Assembly: GCF_046290725.1 (NCBI RefSeq)
Contig: NZ_JBKBUH010000001.1
Span: 697,787 to 761,786, forward strand
Origin: Phenylobacterium sp.
GTDB lineage: Bacteria; Pseudomonadota; Alphaproteobacteria; Caulobacterales; Caulobacteraceae
DNA length: 64,000 nt
Direction of reading: 5' to 3'
Positions 1 to 10,655 of this stretch are shown here, piece after piece; the first letter of the stretch is position 1, and each line of letters begins with the position of its first letter. A program made the position numbers and the translations under genes. The notes beneath the pieces are model-generated. The model was not told the origin of the DNA, did not search any database, and worked only from the letters and a program-made list of their open reading frames with translations.

Positions 1-1287
1 GGGCTTGTCGGACACGCAAAGTAAGGTCCCGTAAGGCACGCGAAAGCGATAGCCTTGAGCTGCGATGGTGGCGCTTTCCATGTCGATGGCGACGGCGCGC
101 GATTGATTGAACCGCAGGGCGCTGGAGGAGAAGCGGAGCTCCCAGTTACGATCGTCGGTGGTGACCACCGTTCCGGTGCGCAGGCGCCGCTTCAGCGGCT
201 CGCCGCTTTCGCCGGTGACGATCTCGGCCGCCCGGCCCAGCGCCACCTGCACCTCGGCGATGGGCGGGATGGGGATCTCCGGCGGCAACACGCCGTCCAG
301 CACGTGATCGTCGCGCAGATAGGCGTGGGCCAGGACGTAGTCGCCGATGGTCTGCGAGCCGCGCAGGCCCCCGCAATGGCCGATCATCAGCCAGGCCTGG
401 GGCCGCATCACCGCCAGGTGGTCGGTGATGGTCTTGGCGTTGGAGGGCCCGACCCCGATGTTGACCAGAGTGATCCCGCGTCGGCCCTCGGCCATCAGGT
501 GGTAGGCCGGCATCTGGTGGCGCCGCCAGGGCCCTTCGGCCACCGCCTGTTCCGGGTCGGGGGTGTCGGGGGTGACCATGACGCGGCCGGCCGCCGACAG
601 CGCCTTATAGGGCCCGCCCGCCTGCAGCTGGCCGCAGGCCCAGCGGACGAACTCGTCCACGTAGCGATGATAGTTGGTGAACAGCACGTACTGCTGCACG
701 TGCTCGGCGGGCGTGCCCATATAGTGGGTCAGCCGCGCCAGCGAGAAGTCGGTGCGCAGGCCGTCGAACAGGGAAAGCGGCCGCGCCGGCTCAAGGCCCG
801 CATTCCACATGCCGTCGGCGATCTCGTCGCCGATGTGGGCCAGTTCGGTGGTGGGGAAGTGCCGGGCGATGTCGGCCGACCCGATGTCGGCCATGGCGAT
901 GTCGACCGCCCCGTCCAGCACATAGGGAAAGGGCATTTCCTGGGCCGAGCGCCCGACCTCGAAGCGGACGTCGAAGTCGCTCATCAGGAGCGCGATCTGC
1001 TCGGTCAGATAGTCGCCGAAGAGGTCCGGGCGGGTCACCGTGGCGGCGTAGGTTCCCGGCTGGGAAAGGCGGGCATAGGCCCGACTGAGGCGCGGATAGC
1101 CCTGGCCCGGCGGCCAGGTCAGGCGGAGCTCCGGATAGACGAAGGCGCCGGCCGCCCGGTCTTCCGGCGTGGGCGCAGGCCCCCCCGCCAGGAAGATCTT
1201 CAGAGCCGAGCGCAGGGCCGCGACGGTGGTCTGGTATTCCTCGTTGAGCCGCCCGACGATGGCGGCCGCTTCCTTCTCGATGGACAT
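1..1287 (-). CDS. amn: AMP nucleosidase (3' end runs off the window; absent from the ORF track)
   Basis: Manual translation from ATG 1287: [11 protein letters not shown]...[12 protein letters not shown]...[26 protein letters not shown]...[11 protein letters not shown]...[28 protein letters not shown]; open to base 1. Confidence 0.95.
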   Translation of the reverse strand, partial: MSIEKEAAAIVGRLNEEYQTTVAALRSALKIFLAGGPAPTPEDRAAGAFVYPELRLTWPPGQGYPRLSRAYARLSQPGTYAATVTRPDLFGDYLTEQIALLMSDFDVRFEVGRSAQEMPFPYVLDGAVDIAMADIGSADIARHFPTTELAHIGDEIADGMWNAGLEPARPLSLFDGLRTDFSLARLTHYMGTPAEHVQQYVLFTNYHRYVDEFVRWACGQLQAGGPYKALSAAGRVMVTPDTPDPEQAVAEGPWRRHQMPAYHLMAEGRRGITLVNIGVGPSNAKTITDHLAVMRPQAWLMIGHCGGLRGSQTIGDYVLAHAYLRDDHVLDGVLPPEIPIPPIAEVQVALGRAAEIVTGESGEPLKRRLRTGTVVTTDDRNWELRFSSSALRFNQSRAVAIDMESATIAAQGYRFRVPYGTLLCVSDKP

Positions 1288-1372
1288 GGGTTTCTTTAGC
1301 CCGGTCGCCGCGACGCGCCTAGCGCCGCAGCAGGGCGTGCGGCCCTTGCGCGGCCTGAGGCCCGCATCCCAT

Positions 1373-2320
1373 ATGAGCGCCATGCGCAACCATCTTCGCA
1401 CCTTCATGCTGCTGGCGGCCCTGACCGCCCTCTTCGTCGGCGTCGGCTACATGATCGGCGGCGCCGGCGGCATGGCGATCGCCCTGGCCCTGGCCGTGGC
1501 GATGAACGCCTTCAGCTACTGGAATTCGGACAAGATCGTGCTGCGGATGTACGGCGCGCGCGAGGTGGATCCCACGACCGCCGACCCGCTGCTGCGCAAC
1601 TACGTTTCCGACGTCCATGCCCTGGCCGACCGCGCGGCGCTGCCGCGTCCGAAGGTCTATGTGATCGAGACCGACCAGCCCAACGCCTTCGCCACCGGAC
1701 GCGACCCGGACCATGCGGCGGTCGCCGCCACGGTGGGCCTGCTGCGCATGCTGGATCGGCGCGAGGTGCGGGGCGTGATGGCGCACGAGCTGGCGCACGT
1801 GAAGAACCGCGACACGCTCACCATGACGATCACCGCCACTATCGCGGGCGCGATCTCGGCCCTGGCCAACTTCGCCCTGTTCTTCGGCGGCCGCGACCGG
1901 CCCGGCGGCATCGTGGGGACCATCGCCCTGATGATCCTCGCGCCGATGGCCGCAGCCCTGGTCCAGATGGCCATCAGCCGCGGCCGCGAGTACGAGGCCG
2001 ACCGCATCGGCGCCGAGATCAGCGGCGATCCGGAGGCCCTGGCCTCGGCCCTGGAGAAGATCGAGCGCTTCGCCCGCGGCGGCTATGCCAACGCCCACGC
2101 CGAACGCAATCCGGCCACCGCCCATATGTTCATCATCAATCCGCTGGCCGGGCGCGGCGGCGACAACCTGTTCTCCACCCATCCCGCGACCCAGAACCGG
2201 GTGAAGGCGCTGCTGCAGCTCATCGGCCGGGACGCCCCGGGCCGCCGCGCGGTGGAGCGTGGCCGCTCCGGCACGGCGGTGCCGGTGACCGCGCCGGCGC
2301 GGCGCGGGCCCTGGGAGTAG
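1373..2320 (+). CDS. htpX: Zinc metalloprotease HtpX (M48); start 1373 or 1382
   Basis: [16 protein letters not shown] zinc motif, [16 protein letters not shown]; N-terminal TM helices. Confidence 0.95.
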   Translation: MSAMRNHLRTFMLLAALTALFVGVGYMIGGAGGMAIALALAVAMNAFSYWNSDKIVLRMYGAREVDPTTADPLLRNYVSDVHALADRAALPRPKVYVIETDQPNAFATGRDPDHAAVAATVGLLRMLDRREVRGVMAHELAHVKNRDTLTMTITATIAGAISALANFALFFGGRDRPGGIVGTIALMILAPMAAALVQMAISRGREYEADRIGAEISGDPEALASALEKIERFARGGYANAHAERNPATAHMFIINPLAGRGGDNLFSTHPATQNRVKALLQLIGRDAPGRRAVERGRSGTAVPVTAPARRGPWE

Positions 2321-2325
2321 GTCAC

Positions 2326-2931
2326 ATGGGCGAGGGACGCTTCCACGACGCGGCCACCCTCGCCTTCTATGACCGGGAGGCTTCCGCCTACGCCGCTCGG
2401 CGGACCGAGGCGGGACCTCACCTGGCCGAGTTCCTTGGCCGGCTGCCGGCGGGCGGGCGGATTCTTGAGCTGGGCTGCGGCGGCGGGCAGGACGCCGCCG
2501 CGATGATCGCAGCGGGTTTCGACGTCACGCCGACCGACGGCTCGCCGAAACTGGCGCAGGAGGCCGAGCGGCGGATCGGAAGGCGCGTGAGGGTGATGCG
2601 CTTCGAGGAGCTGGACGCCGTCGAAGCCTACGAAGCGGTCTGGGCGAACGCCTGCCTGTTGCATGTGCCGGCGGCGGGGCTTGCAGGCGTCCTGGCTCGA
2701 GTCCGGCGGGCCTTGGCCCCTGGCGGGCTGTTCTATGCCGGCTTCAAGTCGGGCGACGGGGAAGGCCGCGACAGCCTGGGCCGCTACTATAATTTCCCGA
2801 ATGAGGAGACCCTGCGCGCCGCCTACGCCGAAGCGGGTGGTTGGAGCCGCCTCGACATCCGGATCGGAGCGGGCGGAGGCTATGACGGCGTGGCCCGCAC
2901 CTGGCTGCACGTGACGGCGTTGCGGGCCTAA
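2326..2931 (+). CDS. Class I SAM-dependent methyltransferase
   Basis: ILELGCGGG motif I; VWANACLLH; LAPGG. Confidence 0.85.
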   Translation: MGEGRFHDAATLAFYDREASAYAARRTEAGPHLAEFLGRLPAGGRILELGCGGGQDAAAMIAAGFDVTPTDGSPKLAQEAERRIGRRVRVMRFEELDAVEAYEAVWANACLLHVPAAGLAGVLARVRRALAPGGLFYAGFKSGDGEGRDSLGRYYNFPNEETLRAAYAEAGGWSRLDIRIGAGGGYDGVARTWLHVTALRA

Positions 2932-3686
2932 CCGCCGCGAGCCACGAACCAGCCGTTGCGGAAGCCCTCGCGAGCCTTGCCGTAGATCACCGGCTCGCCT
3001 TCCGGCGTGCGCACCGAACCGCCCGCCGCTTCCAGGATCGCGTGGCCGGCGGCGATGTCCCACTCCATGGTCGGCCCGTGGCGCGGATAGATGTCGGCCG
3101 AGCCTTCGGCGATGCGGCAGAACTTGATCGAGGAGTCCATCGGCTCGCGCAGGTCGAAGCCGTACTCGTCGGCGAGCTTGCGGGCGGTCTCCTCCTTCAT
3201 GGTGTGGCTGATCAGCGCCACCGCCGCCCCCGCGGGCCAGGGCCGCGCCCGGATCGGCTCGCCGACGCCGCCCTCCTGCCGCTTCATCGCCCCGCCGGCG
3301 ACGGTGTACCAGGTCTCAGAGGTGGCGGGCGCGGCGATGGCGCCGGCCACCGGCCGGCCGGATTCCACCAGGGCGATGTTGACTGTGAAGTTCGGATCGC
3401 CGCGGACGAAGGCCTTGGTGCCGTCCACCGGGTCGACCAGGAAGAAGCGCGGGCCGATCTGCTCGGGCGCGCCGAATTCGCTGGCGTCCTCCTCCGAGAT
3501 CACCGGCACGCCGGGGAAGAGCTCGGCCAGACGCTCCAGGATCAGGGCCTCGCCCCGGCGGTCGGCCTCCGTCACCGGGCTCTCGTCGGCCTTGGAGAAC
3601 ACCGTCAGCCCCGATTTCCAGAGCGGCAGGATCAGCCGGCTCGCCTGTTCGCACACGTCGGCGAGGATGGGTCCCACGTCGTTCAT
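2928..3686 (-). CDS. cysQ: 3'(2'),5'-bisphosphate nucleotidase CysQ (inositol monophosphatase family)
   Basis: KADESPVTEAD, LVDPVDGTKAF, MEWDIAAGHAIL; start MNDVGP at 3686 within a longer spurious ORF. Confidence 0.92.
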   Translation of the reverse strand: MNDVGPILADVCEQASRLILPLWKSGLTVFSKADESPVTEADRRGEALILERLAELFPGVPVISEEDASEFGAPEQIGPRFFLVDPVDGTKAFVRGDPNFTVNIALVESGRPVAGAIAAPATSETWYTVAGGAMKRQEGGVGEPIRARPWPAGAAVALISHTMKEETARKLADEYGFDLREPMDSSIKFCRIAEGSADIYPRHGPTMEWDIAAGHAILEAAGGSVRTPEGEPVIYGKAREGFRNGWFVARGG

Positions 3687-3880
3687 CGGATCTCCCGGGG
3701 ATCGTCGCCGGCGAACAGCAGCGGAACCACGCCCGCATCGATGGTCCGCTTGCCCGCATGCTCGAAATTGACGGTGACCTTGCGGCCGGCCACCGACTGC
3801 ACCTGCCCCAGGCCCCAGTCGGCGCGCTCGGGGTGGCGCACCAGGACGCCGGGCGCGAGGAAGGGATCGGAAGCGTGCAT
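3683..3880 (-). CDS. DUF3553-family small protein
   Basis: LAPGVLVRHPERADWGLGQVQS...VTVNFEHAGK pattern; 4-bp overlap with cysQ start. Confidence 0.8.
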   Translation of the reverse strand: MHASDPFLAPGVLVRHPERADWGLGQVQSVAGRKVTVNFEHAGKRTIDAGVVPLLFAGDDPREIR

Positions 3881-4061
3881 CGGCCGGTTGTCTAGAGCAC
3901 GATGCGGCCAGGCGGAACCGTCTGACCGTTGAATCGTGCTCTACATTCAAAAAGCTGGAGCGCGTTCTGATCGCAAAACCGGTTTCCACTCTTGCGGAAC
4001 GCGCTCCGGTCGTCCCCGCCCGTTTCCCAAAGCGGCAAATCAGGCCAGTTTCCCAGACGAC

Positions 4062-4727
4062 ATGACCGACGGCGATCAAGATCCGCAAACCGCGCCCAAG
4101 CCGAAGACCGCCGAAGTGGCGGCCTATCTGGCCGCGCGCATGTGCCACGACTTCATCAGTCCGGCGAGCGCCATCGTCTCCGGCCTGGACCTGCTGGACG
4201 ATCCCAGCGCCCAGGACATGAAGGAAGAGGCCATGGGCCTGATCGCGGGCTCGGCCCGCAAACTGGCCGACCTCCTGGCCTTCTCGCGCATCGCCTTCGG
4301 CGCCTCGGCCTCGGCCGAGACCTTCGATCCGCGGGAACTCAGGACCCTGGCCCAGGGCCTCTTCAACCACATGCGCGCCGAACTGGACTGGCAGGTGGAG
4401 GCGCCCTCGCTGGGCAAACCCGCGGCCCGCACCCTGATGAACCTCGTCCAGATGGCTGGCGCCGCCTTGCCGACCGGCGGGACGGCCAAGATCCGCGCGG
4501 TCGAGGAAGGCGCCTTCGTGGCCATTGCGGCCGAGGCGATCGGCCCGCGCGCGCGGCTGAGGCCCGAGGTGCTGGCCGGCCTGCGCGGCGAGGGCCCGGG
4601 CGAGGGCCTGCACGGCCACTGGGTCCAGGCCTATTACCTGCGGCTGGTGGTGGACGACGCCGGCGGCCGGGTCTTCGCCGACGTGACCGAGGAGAAGGTC
4701 ACTTTCGCGGCCACCGTCCCGGCCTGA
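4062..4727 (+). CDS. chpT: Histidine phosphotransferase ChpT
   Basis: LAARMCHDFISPASAIVSGLDLL H-box; RIAFGA; degenerate ATPase-like C-terminal domain. Confidence 0.93.
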   Translation: MTDGDQDPQTAPKPKTAEVAAYLAARMCHDFISPASAIVSGLDLLDDPSAQDMKEEAMGLIAGSARKLADLLAFSRIAFGASASAETFDPRELRTLAQGLFNHMRAELDWQVEAPSLGKPAARTLMNLVQMAGAALPTGGTAKIRAVEEGAFVAIAAEAIGPRARLRPEVLAGLRGEGPGEGLHGHWVQAYYLRLVVDDAGGRVFADVTEEKVTFAATVPA

Positions 4728-4787
4728 GCATTGCCGGGCCGCGCCGCGGCGCCCATCTGAGGCGAAGCTTCAGTTATGGGAGTTCCC

Positions 4788-5165
4788 ATGTTCGATCATC
4801 TCTCCGTAGGCGTGCGGGACCTCGCCGCCGCTCGCGCCTTCTATGACGCCTTCTTCGCGCCCCTCGGCTGCGCCAACGCCTGGGCGGCCGAGCAGGAACT
4901 CGCCTACGGCCCCGGCGGCGAGAGCCGGCTGTTCTGGCTGTATCCCGTCGATGGGAAGCAGGTCGCAGGGCTCGGGACCCACATCGCGTTCACCGCTGGA
5001 AGCCGTTCGGCGGTGGATGAAGCCTGCGCCGCCGCGGAGGCAGCAGGCGCGACCGTTCTCCGCGCCGCGGGCCGGCACCCGGACATCGCCCCGGACTACT
5101 ACGGGGCCGTGCTGCTCGATCCCGACGGCAACAAGCTGGAGATCGTCGCCGGGACCATGCACTAG
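4788..5165 (+). CDS. VOC/glyoxalase family protein
   Basis: MFDHLSVGVRDL..A..FYDA, HIAF, YYGAVLLDPDGNKLE; GGGAG RBS before 4788. Confidence 0.9.
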   Translation: MFDHLSVGVRDLAAARAFYDAFFAPLGCANAWAAEQELAYGPGGESRLFWLYPVDGKQVAGLGTHIAFTAGSRSAVDEACAAAEAAGATVLRAAGRHPDIAPDYYGAVLLDPDGNKLEIVAGTMH

Positions 5166-5187
5166 CTGGCATGCGATCCGCAGGGCT

Positions 5188-5670
5188 CTATCGCTCCACC
5201 TTCACCGCATCCCAGAAGAGCGGCTTCAGGTCGGCGAAGAACTGGTCGATCCCATAGACTTCGCCCAGGACGAACAGGCCGTCCTCCTCGCGGATCAGAT
5301 AGCCGCGCTCGGCCAGGGCCAGCAGCTTGCGCCGCGTGGTCTCGCGCGGGATCTGGGTAATGTCCGACAGGCTGAGCGCGTTCAGCCCCCGCCGGCGGGC
5401 GAAGGTCTGCGGCGCCCGGGCGCTCGCCGCCGCCATGGTCTGCGACAGCTCCGACAGCAGGAACACCAGATAGAGCAGGTACTGGTCGAGGTCGCCGTCG
5501 AAGCGGGCCCGGATGCGGATGAGCGTGGTCGAGAGATGCCCGCCCCAGCGGTAGAAGAAGCGGGTGACGTCCTGGTCCAGGTAGCCAGGCTCCGGCTCCT
5601 CGTCCCGCGCCACCGACCGGCTTTCCGGGGCGACGGTGGAGGCATCCCATTTTGAGATCTGACTGAGCAT
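5188..5670 (-). CDS. Hypothetical protein with C-terminal winged HTH
   Basis: LNALSLSDITQIPRETTRRKLLALAERGYLIRE is a typical wHTH; start uncertain (5670 ATG or 5700 TTG). Confidence 0.7.
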   Translation of the reverse strand: MLSQISKWDASTVAPESRSVARDEEPEPGYLDQDVTRFFYRWGGHLSTTLIRIRARFDGDLDQYLLYLVFLLSELSQTMAAASARAPQTFARRRGLNALSLSDITQIPRETTRRKLLALAERGYLIREEDGLFVLGEVYGIDQFFADLKPLFWDAVKVER

Positions 5671-5943
5671 CGCAGACACCTCCTCCAAGGTTAATTTCAA
5701 TTAACCCAACCAAATTCCGACCCGGAACGCCCTTTTCTCCTATCGATCTGCGCGAGATAGCAGGTCGTTATTCGAACGCTGGTCAGAAATACGCGCTCAC
5801 ATCGAGCTTCGATGGAGCCAAAACTAGATAACTTCTAATATGGCAAGAAGGCGCCACCCGCCCATATCGGGCAGCCGACCCCCGGCGGTTTTCTGTGGAT
5901 GAGCGTTGGGCGCACCACATGCGCGCCGAGCGCCTGCGCCCAA

Positions 5944-6110
5944 TCCCTCCCCTGCGAAGCGGGGGAGGGGGCCATCCGAAGGATGGTGGAGGGGGCGAGA
6001 CTTGGCGCTGCGGATGCAGGTTGACCGTCAGCAAGGACGCGAGGTTAGGCGTCGTGCGGGCGGCCGCCCCCTCCACCACGCTGACGCGCGCCCCCCGTGA
6101 ACGGGAGGAA
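5944..6110. repeat. REP/CIR-like intergenic element: two palindromic arms around a 67-bp core
   Basis: Hairpin CCCTCCCC-TGCGAAGCG-GGGGAGGG (5945-5969); 14-bp perfect IR TGGTGGAGGGGGCG (5984-5997) / CGCCCCCTCCACCA (6065-6078); right arm degenerate. Confidence 0.75.
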
Positions 6111-6153
6111 AAGGAGCGAGAATCCTTCTTCCGATACTCGCCTTCGCCGGCGC

Positions 6154-6986
<833 letters not shown>

Positions 6987-6990
<4 letters not shown>

Positions 6991-7652
6991 CGGGCGGTTT
7001 CCTTCACGCGCGCCCCGTTGAGGAAGGGCGCGAGCTTTTCGGTGCGGTGATGGACGAAGGGGGCGGTGGACGCCGGCGCATGGCGGCCCACCAGCACGGT
7101 GCTCATGCCGAGATCGGCGGCCGGCTTCAGGTTGCGCTCGGAGTCCTCGAAGAAGGCGGTGGCGCGGGGGTCGAGCCCGTGGGCGTCGATCATCCGCTGG
7201 AAGCCGACAGGATCGGGCTTGGGCGCGAAGCCGAAGGAATGGATGTGGAACACGTCGTCGAACAGTTCCGAAAGGCCCAGGTGATCCAGCACGCGCTCGG
7301 CGTGGCGGTCGTCGGCGTTGGTGAAGATGAACCGCCGGCCCGGCAGCTTGGCGAGCGCGATCAGCAGCTCAGGATCCCTTGAGAGCGCATCCAGCGACAG
7401 GTCGTGGAAGAGGGCGTGGAACTCCGCCGGGTCGACGCCGTGATGCAGCATAAGCCCCCGCAGCGTCAGGCCGTGCTCGGCCAGGTACTGCTTCTGCAGG
7501 ACGTAGGCTTGGTCATGCGGCAGGCCCGTGACGCGCGCCACGAAGTCCGTCATCCGCCCCTCGACGGAGCTCATGAAGCCGGACTCCTCGGGATAGAGGG
7601 TGTTGTCCAGGTCGAAGAGCCAAGTGTCGACGTGGGTCAGGTCGGCGGTCAT
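6987..7652 (-). CDS. Pyrimidine 5'-nucleotidase (HAD superfamily)
   Basis: [28 protein letters not shown] motifs; 4-bp overlaps with argB and dapD. Confidence 0.9.
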
Positions 7653-8563
7653 CGGCAGATCAGCGTGCCCGACCCGTGCTCGGTGAAGAGCTCGACCAGC
7701 ATGGCGTGGGGACGGCGGCCGTCGAGGATCACGACCGCCTCTACGCCGGCCTCGACCGCAGCGATGGCGGTCTCCAGCTTGGGGATCATGCCGCCGGTGG
7801 CGACGCCGTCGGCGATGGCCTGGCGGGCCTCGGCGACCGTCATCTGACGGACCAGATCGCCGTTCGCATCCAGCACGCCGGCCACATCGGTCAGCAACAG
7901 CATGCGCTTGGCGCCCAGCGCCCCCGCCAGCGCGCCGGCCACGGTGTCGGCGTTGATGTTGTAGGTCTGGCCTGCCTCGGACACGCCGATCGGGGCGATC
8001 ACCGGGATGTAGTCCGCCTCGGCGTAGATCAGGGCCTCGATCAGCTTGGGGTCGATCGCCGTCGGCTCGCCCACATAGCCAAGATCGATCACCTCCTCGA
8101 TCTTGGAGCCGGGGTCCTTCTTGGTGCGGACGGCCTTCTCCACGGTGATCAGACGGGCGTCCTTGCCGGACAGGCCGACGCCGCGCACATCGGCTTCCGC
8201 CCCGGCCAAGGTGATCCAGTTGGCGATCTCCTTGTTGATGGCGCCTGACAGCACCATCTCGGCGACCTCCATAGTGGCCTCGTCCGTCACCCGCAGGCCG
8301 TCGACGAAGGTCGACTTCACGCCGGCCTTGTCCAGCATCCGCGAGATCTGCGGCCCGCCGCCGTGGACGATCACCGGATGGCAGCCCAGCATCTTCAGCA
8401 GCACGGCGTCGGCGGCGAACAGGCGCGCCACCTGCTCCTCGCCCATGGCGTGGCCGCCATACTTTATGACGACAGTCTCGCGGTCGTAGATCTGGATGAA
8501 GGGCAGGGCTTCGGCCAGGGTCTTGGCTGTGGCCCAGCCTTGTTCTTCGGCGGTGTCGGTCAA
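7649..8563 (-). CDS. argB: Acetylglutamate kinase (probable TTG start)
   Basis: [37 protein letters not shown]. Confidence 0.95.
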   Translation of the reverse strand: MTDTAEEQGWATAKTLAEALPFIQIYDRETVVIKYGGHAMGEEQVARLFAADAVLLKMLGCHPVIVHGGGPQISRMLDKAGVKSTFVDGLRVTDEATMEVAEMVLSGAINKEIANWITLAGAEADVRGVGLSGKDARLITVEKAVRTKKDPGSKIEEVIDLGYVGEPTAIDPKLIEALIYAEADYIPVIAPIGVSEAGQTYNINADTVAGALAGALGAKRMLLLTDVAGVLDANGDLVRQMTVAEARQAIADGVATGGMIPKLETAIAAVEAGVEAVVILDGRRPHAMLVELFTEHGSGTLICR

Positions 8564-8649
8564 GGGATGCGCGCTCCGGGTCGGAGCGCTCCGATAGCGG
8601 ACGCAGGCGCGCCTGTCACCGCCTCGGCGCCGGCAAGCGCCCACCGTCT

Positions 8650-9825
8650 TCAGATCGAACGGGCCACCACTTCCTTCATGATCTCGCTGGTGCCGCCATA
8701 GATTCGCTGGACGCGGGCGTCGCGCCACAGGCGGGCGATGGGATATTCGTTCATATAGCCGGCTCCGCCATGCAGCTGCAGGGCCGCGTCACAGGCCTCC
8801 CATTGCAGCTCCGTGTGGAACAGTTTGGCGGCGGAGGCCTCGGCGGCGGTCAGTTCGCCCGCCACGTGGCGCTTGATGGCCCAGTCCAGGTGCGCCCACC
8901 CGGCCTGGAGCTTGGCCTTCAGGGCGCCCAGGGTGAAGCGGGTGTTCTGGAAGTCGAAGATCGACTGACCGAAGGCCTTGCGCTCCTTGGTGAACTTCAC
9001 CGCCTCGTCGAAGGCGCGCTGGGCGCCAGCCTGGCCGGCGATAGCGATCTGCAGCCGCTCCTGCGGAAGCTGGTTCATGAGATAGGCGAAGCCGCGGCCC
9101 TCCTCGCCGAGGCAGTTGGTGATCGGCACGCGAACGTCCTCGAAAAAGAGTTCGGAGGTGTCGGCGGAGTTCTGCCCGATCTTGTCCAGGTTCCGGCCCC
9201 GCTGGAAGCCTTCACGGTCGCGTTCCACCAGGATGAGCGAGATGCCCCTGGCCCCGGCGTTGGGATCGGTCTTGGCGACGACGATCACCACGTCGGCGTT
9301 CTGGCCGTTGGTGATGTAGGTCTTGGACCCGTTCAGCACATAGTGGTTGCCGTCGCGGACGGCGGTGGTCTTCACCCCCTGCAGATCCGAGCCCGTGCCC
9401 GGCTCGGTCATGGCGATGGCGGTGATGATCTCGCCCGACACCATGCCCGGCAGCAGCCGCTTCTTCTGCTCCTCGGAGCCGTAGTTGATGATGTAGTCGA
9501 CGGTGATGTCCGACTGCAGGGTCACGCCCGCCGAGCAGCCGGCGTAGGACAGCTCCTCGCCGATGACGGCGTTGTAGCGGTAGTCGAGGCCCAGGCCGCC
9601 GTACTCCGGCGGGACCTGCGGGCAGAGCAGGCCCGCCTCGCCATAGGCCTTCCAGAAGTCGCGGTCGACGATCCCCTCCTCCTCCCAGCGGTCGAGGTGG
9701 GGATGGAGCGCCTTGTCGAAGAACTTCCGCACCTGGTCGCGGAACAGATCCAGATCGGCGTCGTAAGCCGTGCGGCCGGCGGTGGAGAGCATGGGCGGCG
9801 TCCAAAGATGGCGTTTGGCCATCAT
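8650..9825 (-). CDS. Acyl-CoA dehydrogenase
   Basis: [47 protein letters not shown]; start could be 9822 or 9792. Confidence 0.93.
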   Translation of the reverse strand: MMAKRHLWTPPMLSTAGRTAYDADLDLFRDQVRKFFDKALHPHLDRWEEEGIVDRDFWKAYGEAGLLCPQVPPEYGGLGLDYRYNAVIGEELSYAGCSAGVTLQSDITVDYIINYGSEEQKKRLLPGMVSGEIITAIAMTEPGTGSDLQGVKTTAVRDGNHYVLNGSKTYITNGQNADVVIVVAKTDPNAGARGISLILVERDREGFQRGRNLDKIGQNSADTSELFFEDVRVPITNCLGEEGRGFAYLMNQLPQERLQIAIAGQAGAQRAFDEAVKFTKERKAFGQSIFDFQNTRFTLGALKAKLQAGWAHLDWAIKRHVAGELTAAEASAAKLFHTELQWEACDAALQLHGGAGYMNEYPIARLWRDARVQRIYGGTSEIMKEVVARSI

Positions 9826-9880
9826 CTGTCACGGCGCCGCGCCGACGGAAAGACTGACGCCGGGTGAGGCGCCATCCAGG

Positions 9881-9998
9881 TGTCATCCCGGTTTCGTCGC
9901 CAGACGAAGACCGGGATCCATTCGCGCCGGGGCCGAGCCGTTTTCCGAACCGTCGGGTGTTCATGGATCCCGGTCTTGCTCCGCAAACCGGGATGACA
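9881..9998. repeat. REP doublet (TGTC/CGTC-type), 118 bp
   Basis: Terminal 14-bp IR TGTCATCCCGGTTT / AAACCGGGATGACA; inner IR AAGACCGGGATCCAT (9907-9921) / ATGGATCCCGGTCTT (9963-9977); each half folds into its own hairpin. Confidence 0.85.
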
Positions 9999-10004
9999 TG
10001 GGCG

Positions 10005-10655
10005 TCAGGGCGCGACCGCACAGGCGGTCATGATCTCCGCCCGCAGGTCCGGCAGGCCGGTTCCCTTCTCCGAGGAGGTGGCGAGCACGCGGGGGAAGGC
10101 GGCCGGACGTTTGGCGATGGCGGCCTCGGTGCGGCGGAGAACGGCGTCGACCTCCACAGACTTCAGCTTGTCGGCCTTGGTCAGCACGATCTGGTAGGAG
10201 ACGGCCGCGCGGTCGAAGGCGTCCATCGGCTCCTTGTCGACCTCTTTCAGCCCGTGCCGCGCATCGATCAGCAGATAGGCGCGCTTCAGGTTGGGCCGGC
10301 CCCGCAGATAGTCGCGGCCGAGGTTCTGGAACTTCTTCACCTCGGTCTTGGAGGCCTTGGCCCAGCCATAGCCGGGCAGATCCACCAGGCGCAGCTTGTC
10401 ATCGAGGACGAAGAAATTGACTTCGCGCGTGCGCCCCGGCTCGTTGGAGGCCCGCGCCAGGTGCTTGTGGCCGGTGAGGGCGTTGATCAGAGAGGACTTG
10501 CCGACGTTGGAGCGGCCGGCGAAGGCCACCTCCGGCAGGTCCGGAGCCGGCAGGCCGTCGATGGAGACCGCCCCCATCAGGAAGACCGCCGGCCGCGCGA
10601 AAAGCACCCGCGCTGCTTCCAGCTCCTCCTCGGAGAAGGCGGGGTCCCCGCTCAC
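10005..10655 (-). CDS. engB: Ribosome biogenesis GTPase EngB/YihA
   Basis: [32 protein letters not shown]; GTG start overlaps yidC stop. Confidence 0.95.
   Translation of the reverse strand: MSGDPAFSEEELEAARVLFARPAVFLMGAVSIDGLPAPDLPEVAFAGRSNVGKSSLINALTGHKHLARASNEPGRTREVNFFVLDDKLRLVDLPGYGWAKASKTEVKKFQNLGRDYLRGRPNLKRAYLLIDARHGLKEVDKEPMDAFDRAAVSYQIVLTKADKLKSVEVDAVLRRTEAAIAKRPAAFPRVLATSSEKGTGLPDLRAEIMTACAVAP

Noticed and set aside
55-1299. 414-aa plus-strand ORF, and the many other long antisense or alternate-frame ORFs in the track (e.g. 10925-12913, 26246-28306, 37240-39867, 40909-43944)
   Set aside because: They are shadows of real genes on the opposite strand, expected in high-GC DNA with few stop codons; no recognisable motifs
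1345-1374. Possible sigma32 promoter for htpX (CTTGCG...CCCATAT)
   Set aside because: Spacing is about 2 nt longer than consensus and the -35 match is partial; plausible but not supportable
5691-5705. TTAA-N6-TTAAC as a full CtrA box
   Set aside because: Spacer is 6, not 7; mentioned only as a possible half-site
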